NCBI GenBank assembly: GCA_965248535.1
Contig: CBDFJR010000002.1
Location: forward strand, 2,048,001-2,112,000
Origin: Phormidesmis sp.
GTDB lineage: Bacteria; Cyanobacteriota; Cyanobacteriia; Leptolyngbyales; Leptolyngbyaceae
DNA length: 64,000 nt
Reading direction: 5' to 3'
Made by a program: the position numbers and the translations under genes. The notes below the pieces were generated by a model. The model made no database searches and was not told the origin of the DNA. It worked only from the letters and a program-made list of their open reading frames with translations. Shown one piece after another: positions 52,837 through 64,000 of this stretch (the stretch's first letter is position 1; each line of letters starts with the position of its first letter).

Positions 52837-54993
52837 TCATTTTTGCGGAGCCACCCCAGCCAAATCTCCTAACTTAGGACTCCACCAACCCTTTGCCGTA
52901 TGAAAGTAGACCACATCTTGATGGTTACGATCGTCCCTCGCTTTGGGGTTTGAGCAGCGCAGCAGAACCTTGTCCTGCCCTTCTTTTTGGTAAGCATATT
53001 GCTCTAGAGGCTGCTGACAAACCGGGCAGGGGTAGGCCGTCGTCTGCGGCTTGCCCACCGGAGTTGAAGATTTAGGGTGAGGAGCCTCCCAGCGTTTGGA
53101 GCGATCTGACCAAAACAGCACCACATTTTCGCAGCCCTCGACGCACTTGAGAAAATATTTCTTTTTGACCTTGGGGCTAGGAATCTTGGCTAGCGGTTTT
53201 TCACACTGAGGGCAGCGAGTGCGCGAGAGTTGGAGTGATTTGGACGATCGCACCACCGGGTTTGTCGTCAAATGTTGAGGAATCACTTTCTGAGCTTGCA
53301 GCAGCGCAGGTTCAAAATAGTGTTCGTTCCAACGGGTGAGATAGCGCTGCCAGTCTTGTTTTCCGGCGGCGATTTCATCTAGCGATCGCTCCATTTGCGC
53401 CGTAAACTCTGATTGCAGCAGATCGGGCAGTGCATCAGCTAAGAAGCAATCAACCTCTAAACCCAGAGCCGTCGGCTGCAACACCGCTTTGACCACTTCG
53501 ACATAGAGCCGCTCTTTGAGGGTGAGAATCGTTGGCGCATAGGTGCTGGGGCGACCAATTCCCTGCCGCTCCATAACCTGGACTAGTTTCGGCTCACTAT
53601 AGCGAGGCGGCGGTTGGGTTTGCTTTCGTTCGTGCGCCGATCGCTCTAGGGTCAAAGCCTGAGCCGCTTTCAAAAGAGGCAACTCGACATCAGCGCTCAA
53701 ATTGTTCCAATATTTGCTGTAGCCTTGAAACTCAATCACCTGACCCTTTGCCTGCCAAAAAATCGGGCCCGATTGCGTCACAACGCAGGTTTGTCGAACT
53801 CGTGCAGGTTGGCACTGGGTTGCCAGCGATCGCTTCCAAATCAAAACATAGAGGGCAAAGGCATCGCTCGCCAGTTCTAATCTCAGTTGGGCCGAAGGGC
53901 GATTAACATCGGTCGGGCGAATCGCTTCGTGGGCCTCTTGAGAGCCTTTAATCTGGCGGTGATGGGTGACTTTTTTAGGTACATTTTCGGCATCATGCCC
54001 GATTAGCCACTGCCGCGCTTGCTCCGTGAATTCTTGACTGAGTTCAACGCTATCAGTTCGCATATAGGTGATTAGTCCGGCTTCATAAAGCGACTGCGCC
54101 ACCTGCATCGTTTTCTCAGGGCTGAATTTGAGCCGCGAGCCAGCTGCTTGCTGCAAGGTCGAAGTCACAAAGGGCGGCGGCGATGAGCGACTGACCACTT
54201 TGCCCTCGATCGAGCACACCCGATGAGGAAATGCCTGAGCTTGCTGCACTAAGCGATCGGCTTCTGCCTGACTCAAAACGCGATGAGATTCTTGAACAGG
54301 ACGCTCGGCGGGAGTCGTCGCATCATCTGCGGTTGTCGTCTCTTCGTCAGCCGGGGTTGTGGTGCCGCGATAAAAGGCGCGAAACCCTTCGGCGTAGTCA
54401 ACCCAGACGTTCCAGTAAGTTTGGGGCACAAAGGCTTCGATTTGACGTTCACGATCGCAGAGAATATGCAGCGCCGCACTTTGCACCCGTCCCATAGATT
54501 TCGCACCATTTTGCAACTGCCAGAGGAGCGGTGACCCTTTAAAGCCCACCAATTTATCGAGCACGGTGCGGCACAATCCGGCGTGAACCAGGTTTTGGTT
54601 AATCGATCTCGGTTGCGCGATCGCTTTTTTAACGGCGGCGGGCGTAATCTCAGAATAAACGACTCGCTGAGGCTGTTTGAGATTTAACACTTGCTGAATG
54701 TGCCAGGCGATCGTTTCTCCTTCGCGATCGTCATCGGTCGCCAACACCACGGTTTGAACTTGTTTCACCGCCGATCGCAGTTGTTGAATCGTGTCTTTGC
54801 CCCGGTCTCCTCGCGGCACAAATCGACACTGCACCCGATCGCCCTGCAAGTCAAAACCGAGAGAATCAACGCCATCGCTAGCCAACTCCCGGACGTGACC
54901 CATACTGGCTTTGACAATCCAATCCGATCCTAAAATCTGACTGAGTTTTTTGATCTTTCCAGGGCTTTCGACGATGAAGAGTTTAGTCGGCAT
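52837..54993 (-). CDS. Type IA DNA topoisomerase with C-terminal Zn ribbons
   Basis: IVESPGK, ATDDDREGE, GRVQS, ITYMRTDS (catalytic Tyr), QEAHEAIRPT, GIGRPSTY; CPQC and CPVC. Confidence 0.93.
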   Translation of the reverse strand: MPTKLFIVESPGKIKKLSQILGSDWIVKASMGHVRELASDGVDSLGFDLQGDRVQCRFVPRGDRGKDTIQQLRSAVKQVQTVVLATDDDREGETIAWHIQQVLNLKQPQRVVYSEITPAAVKKAIAQPRSINQNLVHAGLCRTVLDKLVGFKGSPLLWQLQNGAKSMGRVQSAALHILCDRERQIEAFVPQTYWNVWVDYAEGFRAFYRGTTTPADEETTTADDATTPAERPVQESHRVLSQAEADRLVQQAQAFPHRVCSIEGKVVSRSSPPPFVTSTLQQAAGSRLKFSPEKTMQVAQSLYEAGLITYMRTDSVELSQEFTEQARQWLIGHDAENVPKKVTHHRQIKGSQEAHEAIRPTDVNRPSAQLRLELASDAFALYVLIWKRSLATQCQPARVRQTCVVTQSGPIFWQAKGQVIEFQGYSKYWNNLSADVELPLLKAAQALTLERSAHERKQTQPPPRYSEPKLVQVMERQGIGRPSTYAPTILTLKERLYVEVVKAVLQPTALGLEVDCFLADALPDLLQSEFTAQMERSLDEIAAGKQDWQRYLTRWNEHYFEPALLQAQKVIPQHLTTNPVVRSSKSLQLSRTRCPQCEKPLAKIPSPKVKKKYFLKCVEGCENVVLFWSDRSKRWEAPHPKSSTPVGKPQTTAYPCPVCQQPLEQYAYQKEGQDKVLLRCSNPKARDDRNHQDVVYFHTAKGWWSPKLGDLAGVAPQK

Positions 54994-55075
54994 TTTAAAA
55001 AAGATGGATGGCAAAAACGCTTAATAGAACGCTTATACCATCCATTCTAAAGATTAACGACTGAAATCTTCGATT

Positions 55076-56707
<1,632 letters not shown>

Positions 56708-56831
56708 TCAGAGACCTCGTGCCGATAGATTGGCGGGGCTTGCCCTTGCTAGCTTACTGCGTTTGGCACAGGTTTCAGAGGTCAGAACCGAGTCTTCATC
56801 TGAAACCTGAACCCCTCAGATCTATTGATGA

Positions 56832-57116
56832 TCAGGCTTTGTCAGGCGCGACCCGATCTTTAAAAGATTTGCCCGCAGAAAAAGCAGGTACGCGAGTGGC
56901 AGGAATCTGCATCGTTTCACCCGTTTTGGGGTTGCGGCCTTCCCGCGCTTGACGATCTCTAACTTCAAATGAGCCAAACCCGACCAGAGTGACTTTATCG
57001 CCACTGGCAACCGCTTCTAAAATCGAGTCGATCGTAGCCGTCAAAATCGCGTCTGCTTCTTTTTTAGTCACAGATGCTTTGGCCGCGATCGCGTCAACGA
57101 GTTCACCTTTGTTCAT
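56832..57116 (-). CDS. hup: DNA-binding protein HU
   Basis: MNKGELVDAIA, LVGFGSFE...R.AREGRNPKTGE...IPA..VP.F.AGK. Confidence 0.96.
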   Translation of the reverse strand: MNKGELVDAIAAKASVTKKEADAILTATIDSILEAVASGDKVTLVGFGSFEVRDRQAREGRNPKTGETMQIPATRVPAFSAGKSFKDRVAPDKA

Positions 57117-57278
57117 AAAATTTTCCTCTCAAGACAATCGCCGCCATTGTAGTGCAGGGTTTCAGACTGTGCAAGTGTACTAAACTATTAAAATTGCGAG
57201 TTTTGAGGGCGATCGCAGTCAAGATTGTCACCTCTAGCCCCAAAACCTGCGTTCCTCTCCTATAGATTGAGTCCCGAT

Positions 57279-57522
57279 TTGCTATCTACCAGCCTCCTCA
57301 CCCCGATCGCCCCTTGAGGCGACTAACCGTTATGGTTGTAGACGTTGAGAGCACAGGCTACCATCCGTCTGAGGGTCGAGTTATTGAGATGTCGGTCAAG
57401 CCATCCTTGGCAAGGGCATTGAACACCAGCAGACTGATCTGAATAAGTCTTTGTGTTTTGATTCCTAAAAATTTGTGCAATTTGCGGGCATTTCACAAAG
57501 CAGGGTGAATTGTCCAGCGCCC
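57279..57522 (+). pseudogene. Degraded DEDDh (DnaQ-like) 3'-5' exonuclease, N-terminal part only
   Basis: Fragments in different frames: VVDVESTGYHPSEGRVIEMSV (ExoI motif), then GIEHQQTDL and IPK. Confidence 0.6.
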
Positions 57523-57546
57523 CAAATCAGACACGATCGCCTATTG

Positions 57547-57914
57547 GGGACTTGCGGATAAATAATCTCCCAGTCATTCTAGAAAGTAGGAAGCGTAGGT
57601 CAGCCGCCGCCCCTATCAATCTCTAGAATTGGAATGTACAGAACCATGTTAAGCGACTCCATTCAGTCTACTTTCAAAGATGCTGCTCAGAAACTGACTG
57701 GCAACCGCAAACGAGACTTCATGGCAAAAGTCACCCAAGACTACTTTGAGGGTTCAGCCCGTAAAGCAGAAACCGTTTTAGGCTGGTGTCGCCATAGTGT
57801 CCAACTGGGTTTGCATGAACAGCGCACCGGAATAGTCTGTGTGGACAACTATCAGGCAAGGGGACGACGCAAAAGCGAAGTGGGGTTGCCTAACTTAGAA
57901 GCGGATATTCGTTC
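57547..57914 (+). mobile_element. Truncated ISAzo13-family element (left end and transposase N-terminus)
   Basis: ORF from 57646: MLSDSIQSTFKDAAQKLTG..KRDFMAKV..DY..GSARKAE..LGW.R..V.LGL.E.RTGI.C.DN...RGR.KSE; cut by IS5. Confidence 0.75.
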
Positions 57915-59194
57915 GGGCACCTCGATTAATTGATTTTTAGTGAATCAGGATCTCAAATGAGACTGAAGAGAGCTAAATGAGACTGAAGAGAGCTATGTAA
58001 GCCTATCGCTTCTCCCTCATTCACCTGAGCAATATTGATTCATCCAGGCTCCATTCAAGATCACTCCTGCTCCCACTTCTTAACCGACTGCTTTCGTTTC
58101 CAAGAAGGTGTACCGCAACAAGTTGTAGGTCAAGTTCTTCAATCCCAATTGTGCCGTTGCCCGCTGAATGCCAATCGAACGCAGCAGTTTGCCACCCATC
58201 TGCATCACCCAACACCCAAACACATGCTCGACTTTAACGCGCGTGGTGGACTTAGTGCGATTAGACTGCTTCTGTTCTTCCGTTAACGGGCGGTTGCGAT
58301 ATCCCCGCTCATGAATCTGACTATCGAACTGCATCAACTTCAACGTTTCCTCAATTGCTTCAGCGCGGTAAGCACTATCTGCCCAAATCTTGTCGCTCTC
58401 ATTGTCGTCATCGAGGAGTTGACCCAAAACTTGAGAATCATGAACCGAGGCATCGGTCACAGCATACTGACGAATCAACCCATGTTGGGCATCAATGCTG
58501 ATGTGATCTTTGTAGCCGAAGTAGCTCTTACCCCCCTTTTTCGTCCATCGAGCATCGCTATCTTTCTGAGAACGTTGATGCGGGTTGTCTTGCCACGATG
58601 GGGGAATCTCTCCTTGCTTAATCTGTTGATTCTCATCCTTGCTGTTGTGCTGCTTGGGAACGGGAATCAATGTAGCATCGACAATTTGTCCTCCTTGAGC
58701 TGCGTAGCCTTGCTGAATCAAATACTCATCGAATTGCTCAAACAATGGTTCAATTAATGCTTGCTCTGTTAACTGCTTACGGAACAACCATACCGTTGTT
58801 GCATCTGGAACCTCATCTGCTAACCCAAAATCGAGAAACTGCATGAAGGATAAGCGGTCACTCACTTGATACTCCAAGGCTTCATCACTAATGTTGTACA
58901 ACTGTTGCAACACCAGCAGCTTAAACATCACAATCACATCCATCGGCTTGCGTCCAGCATTACTCTTGCGCGGTTTGTCATGAATGGGTTCGAGCAAGGG
59001 GCGAAAAGTTTCCCAGGGGACAATCTCATTGAGTCGCACCAGTAAGTCTTGCTTCTGGTTCAGCTTATCTTGGCGCGTTTCCCAATCCCAAAATCCAGGC
59101 TGTGTCATTGCAATTGCCCCATCACTGCTCTATAACTATGATCTCACACTTGTCTCACGTTAAGACTCCTCTTGGCAAATTTTTCGAGGTGCCC
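57915..59194 (-). mobile_element. IS5-family insertion sequence
   Basis: Terminal inverted repeats GGGCACCTCGA / TCGAGGTGCCC; internal 20-bp tandem duplication at 57955-57994. Confidence 0.92.
58080..59108 (-). CDS. IS5 family DDE transposase
   Basis: LQQLYNISDE..E....DRLSF..F, VPDATT.W.FR, IVDATLI, DARWTKK, ADSAY, R..VEHVFG. Confidence 0.95.
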   Translation of the reverse strand: MTQPGFWDWETRQDKLNQKQDLLVRLNEIVPWETFRPLLEPIHDKPRKSNAGRKPMDVIVMFKLLVLQQLYNISDEALEYQVSDRLSFMQFLDFGLADEVPDATTVWLFRKQLTEQALIEPLFEQFDEYLIQQGYAAQGGQIVDATLIPVPKQHNSKDENQQIKQGEIPPSWQDNPHQRSQKDSDARWTKKGGKSYFGYKDHISIDAQHGLIRQYAVTDASVHDSQVLGQLLDDDNESDKIWADSAYRAEAIEETLKLMQFDSQIHERGYRNRPLTEEQKQSNRTKSTTRVKVEHVFGCWVMQMGGKLLRSIGIQRATAQLGLKNLTYNLLRYTFLETKAVG

Positions 59195-59267
59195 TAATGG
59201 CGGTGCCCAGGTGGAGTTCCAAGATATTGCTATTTCTAGCAATTAGCTGATCCACGTAAACAACACG

Positions 59268-59353
59268 GTCTAACAATCCCGTTGCACACCGACCGCTAAG
59301 TTAGTCGGTGAATCCGAGAGGTTGCTAGCGGCGGGTGAACGGGGTCGTTAGAC
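59268..59353 (+). other. Integron attC-like recombination site (86 bp)
   Basis: R'' GTCTAAC and R' GTTAGAC; CCCGTT(G)CAC pairs with GTGAACGGG and CCG(A)CCGCTA with TAGCGGCGG, giving two extrahelical bases. Confidence 0.8.
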
Positions 59354-59377
59354 CGCAAAGTTGTAAGTGAGGAAAAA

Positions 59378-59476
59378 ATGAGTACGCCGCAAGATGGTTG
59401 TAATTTTGGATGGTCTATAGCGATCGCTGTTGTTACTCTTGTGGGTGGTGTACTTGCCCTCGCCAACGCTTCGTGA
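59378..59476 (+). CDS. Possible 32-aa membrane peptide or truncated cassette gene directly after attC
   Basis: GAGG RBS, MSTPQDGCNFGWSIAIAVVTLVGGVLALANAS*. Confidence 0.35.
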   Translation: MSTPQDGCNFGWSIAIAVVTLVGGVLALANAS

Positions 59477-59533
59477 GGAGGGCAATTCATCCCTGCATTC
59501 AGCAACCCCGATTTTCTATGCAGGAGGTCTAAT

Positions 59534-61351
59534 CTACGCCAGCAGTTCTCCAGTTTCTTGCAGCGAGTGCAATCGCTGGTAGATACCACCCTGATGCAGT
59601 AGCTCAGTATGACTGCCGACCTCAACAATGCTGCCCTGATCCAAGACCACAATTTTGTCTGCTTCGCGAATTGTGCTGAGACGGTGAGCAATGATAATCA
59701 GCGTGCGAGTGCCGAGAATCGATCGCATTGCCAGTTGAATCGATCGCTCCGATTCATAGTCTAAACTCGAAGTCGCTTCGTCAAAAATCAGCACATCGGG
59801 GTCAACAATCAGCGCACGGGCAATGCCGAGTCGCTGTCGCTGTCCGCCTGATAGTCGCACCCCGCGCTCACCCACGATCGTGGAGTAGCCCATCGGCATT
59901 TGACGAATAAACTCATCGGCTTGGGCAATGCGACAGGCTTCGCGCACCCGGTCAGGGCTGGCGTTGGGGTTGCCATATACCAGGTTGTCTAGCAGCGTGC
60001 CGTTGAAGACATCGACTTCTTGGTGCACGATCGCCAGTCGTTTGCGATAGCCTGTCACATCCAATCTGCGAATGTCTTGACCATCCATCAACACTGCACC
60101 CTGATTGGGTTCAAAATAGCGGAACAGGAGTTTGACCAGTGTGGATTTGCCAGACCCCGATCGACCGACCAGCGCGATCGTTTGATAAGGCTCAATCAAC
60201 AAATTGATATCTTTGAGCACCGGACGATCGACATCGTAGCCAAAGGTGAGATGAGAAAACTCGACCTTTCCGGTGAACTGATAAGTCGGAACCGCTTCGG
60301 GATTTTTGGCCAGGGTGCTGGCATCGGTGCCGACCGGAAGCTGCATAAACTCGTGAAAGCGAATCATCGACGCATAGCGACGAGCAAACACTTCCGCCAG
60401 TTGCGTGATCGGCTCCACTTCGGCGTAGGCCATGCTCGAAACCGTCAGCGTGGTGATGAAATGTCCGAGCGAGATCTTGCCTTGAACAGTGGCGATGACG
60501 GTAAACGCCAGCACGAAGAAGACGCAAGATTGCACGATCGACCGCTCCCACATGCCCAACTGCACATAGCCTAAGTGAACGCGATAATCGAGCACTTTGA
60601 ACTCACGATCAAACCGTCGTCGCTGCCGTTTTAACTCCGATGCCTCGGTCGCAAAAGCCTTCACCGTTTTGATGTTGGTGATGATTTCAGAATTGCGGCT
60701 CTCGGTGTCTTCCATATATTTGTCGAGTCGCGCCTCTTGGTCAGATAGTCGTTTTAACCCGGTGAGGCTAAAGCTGACAATGCAGGCAAATGAAATCAAG
60801 AGCAGGAGAGCAATTCGCCAATCGATGAACCAGATCACAACAAAAATGCCTACGACTCGAAAAAATTTCGGCAACAGTTGTCCAGTGATTTCTGGATATG
60901 TCCACGTATGGTTAGATAACCCTTTGGCAACTCTGGCAGCAATTCGACCAGGATTGTTTTCATCATAGAATTCTAACGGCAGCGTTAATACTTTCTCTAA
61001 CGCTTTTTCAGCGTGTTCTCGTCGAGCGCGAAAAGCAGTATCCCACTGAAACCAGGCACCCAACCATGGTTGAATCGGGGCCCGACCAACTGAGACGAGA
61101 CACACAAGCGTCAGCAACACGATCAGAGACAGCGTTTTATCAGATGCCAAGCCTGTCACCTGCGAGGCAGTCGTAATCATGACTTGAATGGGATGATCAA
61201 CCCCCTGCCCCGATAAGACATTGAGAATTTGACCCACCGCATAAGGGACAAACAAATCAATAATCTCGAAGAGACTAACCATCGCAATGCTGAAGATTGC
61301 GATCTTCCAATAGTTGCGAAAATAGTGAATGATGCTGAGAAACTGAGTCAT
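59534..61351 (-). CDS. ABC exporter, fused permease/ATPase
   Basis: TM domain then GRSGSGKST, LSGGQRQR, LIFDEATSSLD, IAHRLST; start ATG 61351. Confidence 0.93.
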   Translation of the reverse strand: MTQFLSIIHYFRNYWKIAIFSIAMVSLFEIIDLFVPYAVGQILNVLSGQGVDHPIQVMITTASQVTGLASDKTLSLIVLLTLVCLVSVGRAPIQPWLGAWFQWDTAFRARREHAEKALEKVLTLPLEFYDENNPGRIAARVAKGLSNHTWTYPEITGQLLPKFFRVVGIFVVIWFIDWRIALLLLISFACIVSFSLTGLKRLSDQEARLDKYMEDTESRNSEIITNIKTVKAFATEASELKRQRRRFDREFKVLDYRVHLGYVQLGMWERSIVQSCVFFVLAFTVIATVQGKISLGHFITTLTVSSMAYAEVEPITQLAEVFARRYASMIRFHEFMQLPVGTDASTLAKNPEAVPTYQFTGKVEFSHLTFGYDVDRPVLKDINLLIEPYQTIALVGRSGSGKSTLVKLLFRYFEPNQGAVLMDGQDIRRLDVTGYRKRLAIVHQEVDVFNGTLLDNLVYGNPNASPDRVREACRIAQADEFIRQMPMGYSTIVGERGVRLSGGQRQRLGIARALIVDPDVLIFDEATSSLDYESERSIQLAMRSILGTRTLIIIAHRLSTIREADKIVVLDQGSIVEVGSHTELLHQGGIYQRLHSLQETGELLA

Positions 61352-61553
61352 AAATCCCCCTGACGATCGGCTGACAGAACCGCAGTGTGTTTGCAATATG
61401 CAGTGCCACTACATATACTACACTATGCTACAGACTTTTCCTGGCTTCAACCGTTAAAATTGCGTTGATCCCGATCTGAGCATTGCCTCAGAGGTGATTC
61501 CATCGTTTGATTTGACCAGCGATCGCTTATTTTTGATGGGGCGCTAACGCCAC

Positions 61554-61583
61554 AAAAAATGGGGACAGCCTGCGCCATCCCCA
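61554..61583 (-). terminator. Terminator after ftsH
   Basis: TGGGGA...TCCCCA stem followed by a T run on the minus strand. Confidence 0.6.
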
Positions 61584-61610
61584 CCTAACGATGAAGCTTG
61601 AGTCTTAGAT

Positions 61611-63497
61611 CTACAGTTGAGGAACGTAGCGTTCTTTCTCAGGAACCACCGTATACTCCGCCATGATCTGACGGAACTCATCTCCGTCGATCGTTTCTTT
61701 TTCAATCAGCAAATCGACTAAGCGATCGATGGCTTCCCGATTTTCGCGCATGATCCGACAGGCTTCTTGATAGCAATGAGCGACAATCTCGCGCACTTGA
61801 CCGTCGATCCGTGCGGCAATCACTTCAGAATATTCCGATCGATTTGTCCAGCCGCCGCCTAAAAAGACTTCGCCTTGCTGACTTTCGAGCGACAGCGGCC
61901 CCAAATCCGACATCCCGTAGCGAGTCACCATCTGACGCGCCATCCCGGTCACTTGCTGCAAGTCGTTTCCGGCTCCCGTCGTGACTTCAGCATCACCAAA
62001 GATCACTTCTTCGGCTGCCCGCCCGCCCAGCGCTCCTTGAATGCGAGCCAGGATTTGAGAGCGAGAAATCAACCCTTGATCTTCTGAAGGCGTAAACCAG
62101 GTTAACCCCTGAGCCTGCCCACGAGGAACCAGGGTGACTTTTTGCACCGGGTCGTGATCTTTGACCAGAGTGCCGATCACGGCGTGGCCAATCTCGTGAT
62201 AAGCAATAAGACGCTTGCTCTTGCTATCAACCAGCGGAGTGCCTTCCATGCCTGCGACCACGCGATCGACCGCATCATCAATTTCCAGCATGGTCATCGC
62301 TTCTTTGCGGCGACGAGCGGTGAGAATGGCAGCTTCGTTGAGCAAGTTAGCTAGGTCAGCCCCCGAAAAGCCAGGAGTGCGACGAGCAATCACTTCGAGA
62401 GAAACCTCATCCGAGATTTTCTTGTCGCGAGCGTGGACTTGCAGGACTTCTAAACGACCTTTGATATCGGGGACATCAACTTGAACTTGACGATCGAAGC
62501 GACCCGGACGCAGCAAGGCAGAATCGAGCACATCAGCGCGGTTTGTGGCGGCGATGATGATGATGCCCGTGTTGCCTTCAAAGCCATCCATCTCAGTCAG
62601 CAGTTGGTTGAGGGTTTGTTCCCGCTCATCGTTGCCGCCGCCGATGCCTGCACCCCGTTGACGACCCACTGCGTCAATCTCGTCAATAAAGATGATGCAG
62701 GGCGCGTTTTCTTTGGCTTTTTTGAACAGGTCACGGACGCGAGACGCACCCACACCGACAAACATTTCGACAAACTCTGATCCAGAGATTGAGAAGAAGG
62801 GAACGCCCGCTTCGCCAGCGATCGCTTTTGCCAGCAGCGTCTTACCCGTTCCAGGCGGGCCGACGAGCAAAACGCCTTTGGGAATCCGGGCCCCCACTGC
62901 GGTGAAGCGCTCCGGCTTTTTCAAAAAGGTGACGACTTCTTGCAGTTCTTCTTTGGCTTCTTCAATGCCTGCTACGTCATCAAACATCACGTCTGTCTTG
63001 GCTTCCATTTGAAACCGAGCGCGAGACTTGCCAAAACTCATCGCCTGCCCAGGCCCACCGGGGACGTTGTTAGAGCGACGAAATAGGAAGAACAACCCCC
63101 CTAAAAGCAGAACTGGGAAGACTAGGTTTCCGAGGAGGCCCCAGACTGCGCCGTCATTGCGGGCAGGGTGAGAATCTAAGCTAATGCCCGAACTTCTCAA
63201 GCGAGTCACGAGTTCGGGGGCGTTGCCGGGGAGGTCAACGCGCAAACGCTGTAGACGATTGTCCAGTTCAGGATCGACCGCTTCAACAATGGCAGTGCGC
63301 CCGCCATCGTAGAGATCAACACTTTTGACCCGGTTAGCATCCAAATATTCTAAGAAGCGCCCGTAGGTCATGCGGGTACTGGCGGTGTTTTTGCTCACGG
63401 CGGCAGGATTGGGTGCAAACGACCCTTGCCAGAGGAAAAACCCAATCACTAAGGCGGGCAGTGCCCACAACAGTATGGTTCTCCAAGAAGCTTTCAT
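61611..63497 (-). CDS. ftsH: ATP-dependent zinc metalloprotease FtsH (FtsH2-like)
   Basis: [12 protein letters not shown] lumenal domain, [36 protein letters not shown]. Confidence 0.96.
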   Translation of the reverse strand: MKASWRTILLWALPALVIGFFLWQGSFAPNPAAVSKNTASTRMTYGRFLEYLDANRVKSVDLYDGGRTAIVEAVDPELDNRLQRLRVDLPGNAPELVTRLRSSGISLDSHPARNDGAVWGLLGNLVFPVLLLGGLFFLFRRSNNVPGGPGQAMSFGKSRARFQMEAKTDVMFDDVAGIEEAKEELQEVVTFLKKPERFTAVGARIPKGVLLVGPPGTGKTLLAKAIAGEAGVPFFSISGSEFVEMFVGVGASRVRDLFKKAKENAPCIIFIDEIDAVGRQRGAGIGGGNDEREQTLNQLLTEMDGFEGNTGIIIIAATNRADVLDSALLRPGRFDRQVQVDVPDIKGRLEVLQVHARDKKISDEVSLEVIARRTPGFSGADLANLLNEAAILTARRRKEAMTMLEIDDAVDRVVAGMEGTPLVDSKSKRLIAYHEIGHAVIGTLVKDHDPVQKVTLVPRGQAQGLTWFTPSEDQGLISRSQILARIQGALGGRAAEEVIFGDAEVTTGAGNDLQQVTGMARQMVTRYGMSDLGPLSLESQQGEVFLGGGWTNRSEYSEVIAARIDGQVREIVAHCYQEACRIMRENREAIDRLVDLLIEKETIDGDEFRQIMAEYTVVPEKERYVPQL

Positions 63498-63750
63498 AAA
63501 CTGGCAACCTCTAAATACGGTAACAATGGTTAAGTCGGTTAAGTCTCAATCGTAAACAAAAATGGAATTTTCATACTAGCAATCCCTCATTCATGCTGTT
63601 AGAGACGAGTTTCTCCTGCATGAGAGGGATTTCTAACTCAGACCGTCGATCGACGGGTTTCCAGACGTTTAATGAGAAGTGTCTTAACTAAATTTAACTT
63701 AATTGTGAGACTTCGAGCAATCAACCCGATTTAAGCCCTTAAAACTCGTC

Positions 63751-64000
63751 TTATCGTTCGGTTAGTCGCAGGCTATAGGGGGCTGCCTTGGCGGGTCTGT
63801 TCACCGATCGATAGGTGCCGACCCAAATCTGATAGGTGCCCGGCAGCCACTGACCATCAATGCCAGCATTGCGGTCTTGAAAGTCGTCGTTACACCAAGT
63901 GCCGCCGGGGCCTTTGACCACGATCGTGGTGTCTTCAGAGCTTTGCACCTGGACTTTTAGATAGTTAAAAAATGTCTTTAGAGTCAGACTATGATTTGGC
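63751..64000 (-). CDS. 3' part of a hypothetical protein (enters from beyond the window)
   Basis: Open frame through the window end: PNHSLTL..FFNYL.VQVQS.EDTT.V.KGPGG.WCNDD......G.W.PG.Y..WVG. Confidence 0.7.
   Translation of the reverse strand, partial: PNHSLTLKTFFNYLKVQVQSSEDTTIVVKGPGGTWCNDDFQDRNAGIDGQWLPGTYQIWVGTYRSVNRPAKAAPYSLRLTER

Noticed and set aside
57168..57181. LexA-like box between hup and the exonuclease pseudogene
   Set aside because: Two mismatches to the consensus as I recall it; too weak without comparative data
57955..57994. 20-bp tandem duplication
   Set aside because: Lies in the non-coding end of IS5; simple slippage with no evident function
59296..59691. 131-aa minus-strand ORF across attC
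   Set aside because: Overlaps the ABC gene end in another frame and the attC hairpin; no motifs

Overview
Chromosomal window from a cyanobacterium, shown by psaD, phylloquinone men genes, dense HIP1 GCGATCGC sites and an rRNA operon with tRNA-Ile/tRNA-Ala in the ITS; a filamentous Leptolyngbyaceae-like host is an inference. In order it holds: a surface-polysaccharide cluster (GT2, GT4, methyltransferase, wzt, an inserted MNT-HEPN pair, wzm, sugar transferase, wzc, GT4, wza); psaD-trpE; rhomboid and htpX; a NACHT-WD40 (NLR-like) gene followed by stacked toxin-antitoxin units separated by a 122-bp repeat of its own 3' end; tRNA-Leu; an RHH regulator divergent from a long structured leader RNA, a terminator and an Alr0857-like gene; the men cluster with an embedded cytochrome P450 and a Uma2 gene; DUF721, SPOR-like, PspA, serine hydrolase and NlpC/P60 genes; a complete rRNA operon; glyQ, pdhC, YlqD, aas, DUF427, a type IA topoisomerase, pgm and HU; a decayed patch (exonuclease pseudogene, ISAzo13 fragment, IS5, a lone integron attC site); an ABC exporter and ftsH. 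Best candidates for new biology: (1) a riboswitch-like or attenuator RNA with a visible terminator/antiterminator switch between the RHH and Alr0857-like genes; (2) apparent HIP1-bounded swapping of the NLR sensor end together with TA modules; (3) a P450 inside the phylloquinone cluster; (4) a solitary attC site. Three single-base frameshifts in otherwise intact genes may be assembly errors. All structures and alignments were read by eye; no searches or folding programs were run.
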